From Candidatus Parcubacteria bacterium (lineage in GTDB: Bacteria; Patescibacteriota; Minisyncoccia; Phycocordibacterales; UBA918), in NCBI GenBank assembly GCA_046050355.1, contig JBJOPW010000005.1, forward strand, positions 2,503-66,502: DNA of 64,000 nt, given 5' to 3'. Shown piece by piece: positions 39,297-46,919 of this stretch. Positions within the stretch are counted from its first letter, which is position 1. The number at the start of each line of letters is the position of its first letter. The notes under the pieces were generated by a model. It saw nothing but the letters and a program-made list of their open reading frames with translations, made no database searches and was not told the DNA's origin. Made by a program: the position numbers and the translations under genes.

Positions 39297-39797
39297 TTAT
39301 TTCTGCAAAGGGTCTTTGTACCGCTCCGTATCGACTCCCTGCCTCTGCAAGGCTACTTCCCCATAAAGGTCAAGGAGATACCACGCGCCTGCAAGAACTT
39401 GCCTCAGTCTCACGATCACACTCGAGAACCACGTACCTTCAGCCGTAAATAGCGGCTCAGGGTAGTATTCTATAGAACAGTATTTACAATCGTGGAACTC
39501 CAGCACAGTGCCGCCACGATACCACTGACCATAGTACCAATCGCAAGCCAGCATGAGAGCTAACTTGTGACGGGCAATAAAATGAATATGGAGATTGGTA
39601 AAATCGTTATCAAAAAACAGTTTACCCCCATGGTTTTTTACATACCATGCCTTGATTTCATTTATGATATGCCACATCGATCGCAAAGACCACTGAGCAA
39701 TCGGCAAATTCACTACTTCATCGTGTACAGTGACAGACCGTGTGATGAAGTTCACCGTCACCAGCACGTTCGAGGTATTGGTATCAACCTTGCTCAT
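39297..39797 (-). CDS. Hypothetical protein (possible degenerate HIT-like motif LHIHFIARH)
   Basis: 166 aa ORF; no confident family. Confidence 0.45.
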   Translation of the reverse strand: MSKVDTNTSNVLVTVNFITRSVTVHDEVVNLPIAQWSLRSMWHIINEIKAWYVKNHGGKLFFDNDFTNLHIHFIARHKLALMLACDWYYGQWYRGGTVLEFHDCKYCSIEYYPEPLFTAEGTWFSSVIVRLRQVLAGAWYLLDLYGEVALQRQGVDTERYKDPLQK

Positions 39798-39854
39798 TTT
39801 CCGCCCCTTTACAAAAACCGCCTGCTGGCGCCCATCTAAAAATACCGAGAAATA

Positions 39855-41156
39855 CTATTGTGTCAAGAGTGTTGCCACTTCTGTTACTGCTCCGGCCCCT
39901 ATGACTAAAACCACTTCTTTCTTCTCGTACGAGAGAGAATCTTTGACTGCTTGGGCACAGGCGGGGATAGTTTGATAGACAGTACAAGGGATACCCTTGG
40001 TCACTATTGCAGCGGCAAGTTTTTCGCTCGTCACTCCCCAGGTGTTTTCTTCGCGGGCCGCATAAATTGGTAGTAGTGATACCTCATCAGCGGTCGCGAG
40101 CACGGTCACAAAATCATCAAATAATTCAGCGGTGCGAGAGTACGTATGTGATTGAAAAACCACCTTAAGTCGATGATCTGGGTAGAGCTCACGCACACCG
40201 GCAAAGGTAGCCCGAAGCTCAGTTGGGTGGTGTCCGTAGTCATCGTACACGGGAGCGCCATTCACTTCCCCTTTGTATTCAAAGCGGCGCCAGGTTCCCG
40301 CAAACCACTCGAGCGCCTCGTTCACCTTCGCGGTCTCTACTCCCACGAACTCAGCGGCCGTACGCGCTGCGGCTGCATTCATACGATTATGCATGCCCGG
40401 GTGACGGAGTTTAAGACCGAGGTCTATCTGTGGACGGTAATCGATAATGTTGGTCTGAAGCCCGGCGAGTACCGGCGCAATATTCGGATCAGTCACGTTC
40501 GCTACAATCGCTCCATTTTCGGGAACCTTGAGCGCGAGCTCGCGAAAGGCACTCTGCACATCAGCGAGGTCCTTGTAGTAATCAACATGCTCATACTCGA
40601 TGTTGGTGATGATGAGCACATCCGGCTCGAGGTGGAGATAATCTCGTTTGTACTCACACGCTTCGACCACCGCATACTTACTCTTCCCTGCTCTAAAGTT
40701 ACTCTTCGTTTTACTCCGGAGTGAACCAACAATCCCTGTTGGATCAAGTCCAGCCTCTTCGAGGATATCAATGGTCATCGCCGTTGTGGTGGTCTTACCA
40801 TGACTCCCCGCTATCGCAATGAGGTAGTATTCGTTTGCTACCTGACCAAGCGCCTCGAAATAATTCATCATTGGCACCCCAAGCGCCCGCGCTGCCACCA
40901 TCTCTGGATGGTCATGCGGCATCGCTTCAGTATATACAACAATATCAATCGGATACTCAGAATCTAAATTACTACTATATATCGTAGTATTTTCCTGATT
41001 GTAATTAATCACAATACCGAGCTCCTCAAGACCATGTGTAATAAGACTGGCTTCCCGATCACTGCCGGTCACGACCGCACCCTCATGGTGCCAAAACCGA
41101 GCCAAGGCACTCATGCCAATCCCGCCAATACCGATAAAGTGAATATGTTTACTCAT
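39855..41156 (-). CDS. murC: UDP-N-acetylmuramate--L-alanine ligase
   Basis: 433 aa. HFIGIGGIGMSALA and IAIAGSHGKTTTTAM. Confidence 0.9.
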   Translation of the reverse strand: MSKHIHFIGIGGIGMSALARFWHHEGAVVTGSDREASLITHGLEELGIVINYNQENTTIYSSNLDSEYPIDIVVYTEAMPHDHPEMVAARALGVPMMNYFEALGQVANEYYLIAIAGSHGKTTTTAMTIDILEEAGLDPTGIVGSLRSKTKSNFRAGKSKYAVVEACEYKRDYLHLEPDVLIITNIEYEHVDYYKDLADVQSAFRELALKVPENGAIVANVTDPNIAPVLAGLQTNIIDYRPQIDLGLKLRHPGMHNRMNAAAARTAAEFVGVETAKVNEALEWFAGTWRRFEYKGEVNGAPVYDDYGHHPTELRATFAGVRELYPDHRLKVVFQSHTYSRTAELFDDFVTVLATADEVSLLPIYAAREENTWGVTSEKLAAAIVTKGIPCTVYQTIPACAQAVKDSLSYEKKEVVLVIGAGAVTEVATLLTQ

Positions 41157-41179
41157 AGTGTCATATTATAGCATATATG

Positions 41180-41518
41180 CTATATATCATCATATACCTT
41201 CTTAATATAGAAACGTAAGGTGCGTTCTTTTAATAATTCTTCGTTGGTCAGTTCAGGATCATCCATGATAACCCAAGCGAGCGCTTCCGCTTTAGTATAA
41301 CCAGCGCATTTCAATAACAAAAAAGTTTCTATAGCCCAAGATTCTGAGCCGTATTCCGCTTTTATCATTGCTGCAACACGCTTGTCATTTACTTCGATGT
41401 CTTCGTTACATATTACCTCTTCAAGCTCCCCAATCATTGCCATTGCTTGCTGACAAATAGTTTGCTCATCAAAACCATCAGCTTGTAATTCTGTCCGGTA
41501 GTCGGTTAAAACCCCCAC
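41180..41518 (-). CDS. Small acidic hypothetical protein inserted between murC and murD
   Basis: 112 aa ORF; no recognisable domain. Confidence 0.45.
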   Translation of the reverse strand: MGVLTDYRTELQADGFDEQTICQQAMAMIGELEEVICNEDIEVNDKRVAAMIKAEYGSESWAIETFLLLKCAGYTKAEALAWVIMDDPELTNEELLKERTLRFYIKKVYDDI

Positions 41519-41611
41519 TGGATTACTAGCAAATTCTAATGCAAAAAAATACCCTGACTCACGGTCGATAAGAAATTTTTGCTCAGCACTTACAAAGTTG
41601 ATTTGAAGTAT

Positions 41612-43006
41612 TCATTCATACCATTTTTTAATCAACTGCATAAACTCATCATTCCGTTCATATTCATTTTTATACTGTGAGAACGAAGCGAAAGCTGGAC
41701 TAAATAGGATGATGTCGCCGTTTTGCGCAAGACGGGTCGCTTCAGCAAACGCGGTCTTGAGGTCAGGCAGTACTGAGACGCCAACTTCCCCGCCATCGAG
41801 GTACGAGAGGAGGTTATCGGTACCAGAGCCGGGAATCAATAAGACAATTTTGCAGTGCTGAGTAACTGCGTACGCCAGATTGGTCACGTCGATATTTTTG
41901 TCGGCACCACCAGCAATCAGGATGATATTGCGGTTTCCGAGATCAAGCGCCTCAAGCGCTGCAGTCGTCGCCTGCGGTGTGGTCGCATTATTATCGTTGT
42001 AGATACGAACATTGTCTTTGGTCGCAACGAGTTGTAAGCGTCCTTCAACCCCCGGGAAGGTAGCGAGGCCGTCGAATATTGCTTCGTCATCGAGTCCTAC
42101 CGCTTTAAGGGCTTCATACGCGAGCGCCGCATTGAGACGATTATGTTCACCCGGCATTGAGAGGAGCATGTCCTCGGGCAATACTGAGGTATCCGCGAGC
42201 ACGAGCTCCTGACCAATCGTTTCGTTTGGCAAGACCTGCTTCACCCATTCAAAGACCTCGGGTGTGGTCACAAAGGTTCCACTCTCCTCCTGGTGCAAAA
42301 ATATCTGCGCCTTATCGGTGAAATAGGCGGCCATCGCTCGATCTCTCTTCTCCCCCTCACTCATACCTAGGACATCGGATGTCCTAGGTAGGTAGTAGTT
42401 GAGGTGATCTTCCATAAAGCTCGTGAAGACAGCGATTTGCGGGCTGATACCGGCCCACCCCCAGCCCTGGAGCTGCCAAGAGTCGAGCTCCATCACACAA
42501 AGTGAATCTTCTTTGACTTCATTGAGGAGCTGTAGGTTTGATACACCCCGGATGTTGCCACCAAGCAAAATCTTTTCGCCCGTGACATACGTGAGTACGT
42601 GGTGAATCATCATCGTGACCGTACTCTTCCCCCGCGTACCGGTGACGCCAATCACCGGCACGCCGGAGAGTTCGGCGAACAACGCCGCACTTTGTACCAA
42701 ACGTACGCCCGCTTTCTGGCACTCAAGCAGTACCGGTTCATCAAGTGGTGCCCCGGCACCAACGAGCACGAAGTCCGCATCTTTAAAATCAGCAAAATCA
42801 TACGGGCCAAATTTCCAGGAAATATTTGGATACCGGCTCAGCTGATCAACCGCTGGCTGCATTACCTCCTGAGTGGCTGCGTCCACGACGAGCACCTCAG
42901 CCCCAGCTTCCGCCAGGTACGCCGTGTCCCCAATCCCTCGCCCGAGCAAACCGATACGCATCACGGTCACCCGTTTACCCTTGAAGTAATCACTGAAACT
43001 TTTCAT
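41612..43006 (-). CDS. murD: UDP-N-acetylmuramoylalanine--D-glutamate ligase
   Basis: The ORF track gives a start at 43060. The start is moved to the internal Met MKSFSDYFKGKRVTVMRIGLLGRGIG. GVTGTRGKSTV P-loop. Confidence 0.9.
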   Translation of the reverse strand: MKSFSDYFKGKRVTVMRIGLLGRGIGDTAYLAEAGAEVLVVDAATQEVMQPAVDQLSRYPNISWKFGPYDFADFKDADFVLVGAGAPLDEPVLLECQKAGVRLVQSAALFAELSGVPVIGVTGTRGKSTVTMMIHHVLTYVTGEKILLGGNIRGVSNLQLLNEVKEDSLCVMELDSWQLQGWGWAGISPQIAVFTSFMEDHLNYYLPRTSDVLGMSEGEKRDRAMAAYFTDKAQIFLHQEESGTFVTTPEVFEWVKQVLPNETIGQELVLADTSVLPEDMLLSMPGEHNRLNAALAYEALKAVGLDDEAIFDGLATFPGVEGRLQLVATKDNVRIYNDNNATTPQATTAALEALDLGNRNIILIAGGADKNIDVTNLAYAVTQHCKIVLLIPGSGTDNLLSYLDGGEVGVSVLPDLKTAFAEATRLAQNGDIILFSPAFASFSQYKNEYERNDEFMQLIKKWYE

Positions 43007-43078
43007 ACGAATATCCACTAGAGTACTCAAAAAAATGAAGGGTGTCGAGCATGTGCTCAACCCCTTCAGTAGCGCTTA

Positions 43079-43372
43079 TCACGGAGTAACTCCCAAATGC
43101 GCCAGAGCGATCTCATGTCTTGACACAAACGAGACGCGGTCGAGCATTTGCTCCAATAGCATGCGCATGGTCGATTGCACGGTAGTAGCTCCACAATCGT
43201 GGAGAACAACCGCACTCCGTCCTTTAATTGCTGCACTCAACTGTTCGAGCGCACAAGACAAGTCCTTATCTACTTCCCATATCGCCGCCACGATGAGATA
43301 CTCAGCGAGACTCACTTGACGATGTGCGATACAAATCAGCATCTCTCCCTCCTGCGTGACATCAACCTGCAT
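43079..43372 (-). CDS. Hypothetical protein (possibly STAS-like)
   Basis: 97 aa ORF with only weak resemblance to anti-sigma antagonists. Confidence 0.4.
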   Translation of the reverse strand: MQVDVTQEGEMLICIAHRQVSLAEYLIVAAIWEVDKDLSCALEQLSAAIKGRSAVVLHDCGATTVQSTMRMLLEQMLDRVSFVSRHEIALAHLGVTP

Positions 43373-43420
43373 GTAAGAACTTCCAAATAGACAAAAAAGT
43401 AACTATGATACACTAGGAGT

Positions 43421-43615
43421 ATGGCAAAACGTTCACTCGAACAATACCGCGTCTTCCCATATATTGCTTGGACACTCGTAGGAGCGTTCGCTTTTTTTGT
43501 GTATACGCTCACCCTTGAACTCACGACTACGACGAGTAATCTGGCTACTACCCAAAATCACCTTGAAGCAAGAGCTAATCAAGATCCTGCTACTATTACC
43601 GACTTCTCACGGTAG
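43421..43615 (+). CDS. Small single-TM protein (64 aa)
   Basis: ORF with one hydrophobic helix. GGAG lies 4 nt upstream of the ATG. Confidence 0.35.
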   Translation: MAKRSLEQYRVFPYIAWTLVGAFAFFVYTLTLELTTTTSNLATTQNHLEARANQDPATITDFSR

Positions 43616-43635
43616 CACATGGTACACTACCAATA

Positions 43636-44211
43636 ATGGCCAAACGACAGAGACAAGTCTTCTCCCTCGTCGCACTACTCACCGTGCTTATGAGTGTCGG
43701 CATCGGTGCGCTTTTTTTTGCCGAATATTTACTCCGTCACCCTGATCTCCAAGCACAGATCGCCTCGCTCGGGTACGCAGGCGTGGTTGTCATCGCCACC
43801 ATCGCTGGTCTCAATATTATTCTCCCTATCCCCGCGGTAACCTTTACTCCTATTTTTGTAGCGGCTGGCCTCAGCCTCCCAGGAATCATTTTTGCATTGA
43901 CTATTGGCACATTACTCGCTGACTTTCTCGGGTACTTATTTGGTCGCATTAGTCGTGATACCCTTACGACAAAATATCCAAAAATAATTCACCGCCTGAG
44001 AGACATACACAAACACCATCGCCAGTGGCTACTCCCAATAATTTTTTTGTTTGCCGCTTTTGTGCCACTACCAAATGAAGCGCTCATATTGCCACTGGCA
44101 GTACTTGGCATCTCGTGGAAAAAAATGGCACTGCCGCTATTTCTTGGTAACCTAGTCAACCAAACTATTTACGCGTACGGCATGCACACTGTCTTTCGAC
44201 TGTTGTTTTAA
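43636..44211 (+). CDS. DedA/VTT (SNARE-associated) family membrane protein
   Basis: 191 aa. NIILPIPAVTFTPIFVAAG is typical of the VTT domain. Confidence 0.65.
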   Translation: MAKRQRQVFSLVALLTVLMSVGIGALFFAEYLLRHPDLQAQIASLGYAGVVVIATIAGLNIILPIPAVTFTPIFVAAGLSLPGIIFALTIGTLLADFLGYLFGRISRDTLTTKYPKIIHRLRDIHKHHRQWLLPIIFLFAAFVPLPNEALILPLAVLGISWKKMALPLFLGNLVNQTIYAYGMHTVFRLLF

Positions 44212-44233
44212 TAATAGGCACTGTAAAAGCCCC

Positions 44234-44248
44234 TGTCCGCGCTCTAGG
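44234..44248. repeat. 15-bp direct repeat (TGTCCGCGCTCTAGG) of the tRNA-Ile 3' end; partner copy at 44589-44603 lies inside the tRNA
   Basis: The exact 15/15 match lies 355 bp from the tRNA copy. The geometry is att-site-like. Confidence 0.7.
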
Positions 44249-44590
44249 TTAAAACAGTTTGGGAAACTGTTTCAAAACCTTGACTACCGTTTCAGGAATA
44301 CTTGAACTGAAACGGTGACAAGGTGTACTGCGACTGTAAGTCGGCGAACCTATCTCCTTACAGGAGCAGTACACCATTTGGACTTTTCTGTTCGCACTCT
44401 CCAGAAAATTCTCAAATGGTCCTAAAACAGTTTCCCAAACTGTTTTAGCCTTTCGAGTGAGCCAGTTTGGGAAACTGGCGCAAGACTCGTCTAGTATCTT
44501 TTGAGCCGAGCGAAAAAAGAGACAGACGAGTAGACAGCTCCTGTAAGGAGTCAGTCGAATGCTCTTGAAAATGTTCTTTTGCGTTTTTTG

Positions 44591-44664
44591 TCCGCGCTCT
44601 AGGATTCGAACCTAGGACCTTTCGAGTATCAGTCGAATGCTCTAGCCAACTGAGCTAAGCGCGG
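44591..44664 (-). tRNA. tRNA-Ile (anticodon GAT)
   Basis: Manual fold. Acceptor CCGCGCT/AGCGCGG. D-arm GCTC-AGTTGGCTA-GAGC. Anticodon stem TTCGA/TCGAA with loop CTGATAC. T-arm CTAGG-TTCGAAT-CCTAG. Discriminator A. Confidence 0.85.
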
Positions 44665-44847
44665 ACAAAAGAAACAAAAAGAACATTTTAGCCAACCCTA
44701 TCATCTCATAAATATCGATGATTCGCTTCGCGACCGGAAAAATTGCTATCCGCAATTTTTAGCTCGCACATACAGGGGCTTCTAATTCCCTCTGTTTGTG
44801 TGCGGTACTATAGCAGATAATAATAAAAAATGTAAGGGTGCTGAGGC

Positions 44848-45170
44848 GCGGACTTGGTCACGAATAATTTTCTGGTAGAAAATTTTCTCGACCCCGCCTC
44901 ATAGTCGCAGAGCGACATATTCCGGCTTTCAAGTCCTCACGAAAGCAAAGCAGTTTGCTTTCTTCCTCGTCCCAACTTTCGCTTTGCTCAATTTGTGCCC
45001 AGGAGAGGACTTGGTCACGAATAATTTTCTGGTAGAAAATTTTCTCGACTCCGCCTCATAGTCGCAGAGCGACATATTCCGGCTTTCAAGTCCTCACGAA
45101 AGCAAAGCAGTTTGCTTTCTTCCTCGTCCCAACTTTCGCTTTGCTCAATTTGTGCCCAGGAGAGGACTTG
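44848..45170. repeat. Two tandem 158-bp direct repeats, each beginning with a tRNA-Leu 3'-end fragment (GAGAGGACTTG) and containing three hairpins
   Basis: The units (approximately 44848-45006 and 45007-45164) are about 99% identical. A third partial unit merges into the tRNA-Leu 3' end. Confidence 0.8.
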
Positions 45171-45218
45171 AACATTACATGTTCAGTACAGGTTACTGGT
45201 ATTTTATTGAATACATAG

Positions 45219-45300
45219 TGCTGGAGAGAGGACTTGAACCTCCACACCTTGCGGCATACGCACCTGAAGCGCACGTGGCTACCAATTACACCACTCCAGC
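45219..45300 (-). tRNA. tRNA-Leu (anticodon CAG), long variable arm
   Basis: Manual fold. Acceptor GCTGGAG/CTCCAGC. D-arm GGTG...CCAC. Anticodon loop TTCAGGT. Long variable arm TGCCGCAAGGTGTGG. T-loop TTCAAGT. Confidence 0.8.
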
Positions 45301-45339
45301 ACTATATCTTCAATTTATAAAATACCGATTAACCTCCTG

Positions 45340-45450
45340 CCATAATCTCCCAGATTATGGCAGCCTCCACACCTTGCGGTATACGCACCTGAAGCGCCGT
45401 TCGACAATATCCCATACTGTCTCACCTACCAATTACACCACCTAGGCAAT
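45340..45450 (-). pseudogene. Degenerate tRNA-Leu copy with two insertions
   Basis: The D-arm, anticodon arm and variable arm are near-identical to tRNA-Leu(CAG). The acceptor no longer pairs. An approximately 22-nt insert lies after the D-arm, and a 27-nt palindrome (CTGCCATAATC...GATTATGGCAG) replaces the T-arm. Confidence 0.5.
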
Positions 45451-45788
45451 GTCCGAGATTGTACAATAAAGATGTAATAAAACAAAGTACACCATAGAAA
45501 ATTCGCTTGAACGCCAGCTTTTTAATGCGATATATCGCACTAAAAAGCTGGCAATAGTAGGTGATTTAGTAACAAAAAAGCTGCCGGGACCAGATATCCA
45601 GGCAGCGGGAAGCGGCAGATTCCGCCTCCTTACATCAATGTGTATGTACCCCATACTAGACACATGAGCACAAAAGCCCAAAAGCCCAAGTGTGCCAGGG
45701 ATAGTGGCGGGCGAGATCAATCACCCGCCAGTGGAGAGGTTCGCGGTTCAACCGCTCCCTCCCCTCCACCAAACTCCCACGCTCTGGT

Positions 45789-46060
45789 CTACCTTTCGGC
45801 AAGGTAGACCTCCTCGCTGATCGCAAAGCGCGTCGGGAGGGAACCGCAGGGCAGTACCTCCTCCCCGTTCAAGCCGGTCGGCTGGATTTCGTAGAGGCAC
45901 TCCCCACGATGCATGACCGCGTAAGGCTGCATCACCAAGAAATAGAACCCGCCAAACGGCAGAACGGCGCACAGAGCGCTCCAGGCCAGTGCCGAGCGGA
46001 TGCGTCCACGCTGCGACCGAGGGATGTTCAACCTGTACGGGCCATTATCAAACTTTTCCA
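45789..46060 (-). CDS. Small single-TM protein (about 90 aa) on a GC-rich (about 60%) island; start at MEKFDNG preceded by GAGGAG
   Basis: ORF track 45789-46076. The start is trimmed to the Met that has a strong SD 8 nt upstream. A minus-strand terminator lies at 45578-45604 plus a T-run. Confidence 0.5.
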
Positions 46061-46159
46061 TACTCTGTCTCCTCAATACTGCTCACTCTTTGGTGAGTCA
46101 GTGTTGTGCGACACCATGTCACACCTGGTAAAATTATACACAAAAATGGCTAAAAGTCA

Positions 46160-46675
46160 ATGATTCCCCAATTCGCACGTGAAAAAAGCCCGAAAATGCG
46201 CTATAGTATGCGCATGTCAATGGGACTTGCATTACTCACGGTTTTGGTGATTGTTATCGGCATCAGTATGGCGTCGAGCCCAAGCGGTCTACAGGATGTC
46301 TTGCCGGCCTTGCTTGGCTTTTTTAACTCATACCTCATACCATTCCTCCTTGGTATAGCATTTCTCGTTTTTATCTGGAATGCGATTCGCTTCTTTGTCA
46401 TTAATGGCGCCACGGACGAAGGTCGCGAGAATGCCAAAAACCTTGCCCTCTATAGTCTTGGTGCTTTTATTTTTGTACTTTCGTTTTGGGGTATCATCAA
46501 TATTTTCACAAACGGTCTCGGCCTCGATAATTGTAGTAATGATGTCGTACCGGACTATCTGAGCGACGATTATAAGAGCCTAGCCCCCTGTACTTCTCCA
46601 CGCCCACAGCCAAACCCAAACAATACCAATAACTCAGGTTCTTCCGGTGGTCTTCCACCGCTCATTGATACATAA
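46160..46675 (+). CDS. Small membrane protein with TrbC/VirB2-pilin-like topology and Pro/Asn/Gly-rich tail
   Basis: 171 aa with a signal-like TM and two further hydrophobic helices. Family assignment is tentative. Confidence 0.45.
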   Translation: MIPQFAREKSPKMRYSMRMSMGLALLTVLVIVIGISMASSPSGLQDVLPALLGFFNSYLIPFLLGIAFLVFIWNAIRFFVINGATDEGRENAKNLALYSLGAFIFVLSFWGIINIFTNGLGLDNCSNDVVPDYLSDDYKSLAPCTSPRPQPNPNNTNNSGSSGGLPPLIDT

Positions 46676-46919
46676 TCAGCCAGACACAACAAAACCACCA
46701 AATGATCTTGTCCTTTGGTGGTTTTGTATCATCACAGCACATATTTATATGTATACAAAAAGCAATCGCTTCGTCTGCTCTTTTGTCTTATCCTTTGGCC
46801 TAGGTCTTTCCCTAGTTGTCTGATACCACTTCAGAGTGTTCTGTATCGTCTACTCATTAGGTAGTCAATTGAGCTACCTAATATCGACCAATTAGCCGTT
46901 ATGTGCAATCTTGTTACCA

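Noticed and set aside
44848-45170. Possible CRISPR array
   Set aside because: The units are 158 bp long and directly abut each other with no unique spacers. No cas genes are present. It is a tandem repeat, not CRISPR.
45735-45780. tmRNA/tRNA-like 3' end (GGTTCGCGGTTCAACCGC...CCTCCACCA)
   Set aside because: I could not fold a canonical T-arm or a 7-bp acceptor. It lies in the 3' UTR of the foreign small gene. It is probably a coincidental CCA-ending GC-rich hairpin.
45442-46163. Additional ORFs 45442-45720, 45748-45972 and 45909-46163 in the GC-rich island
   Set aside because: They overlap each other and the better-supported 45789-46060 gene, which has an SD and a TM helix. They have no start context and are likely GC-rich-frame artefacts.
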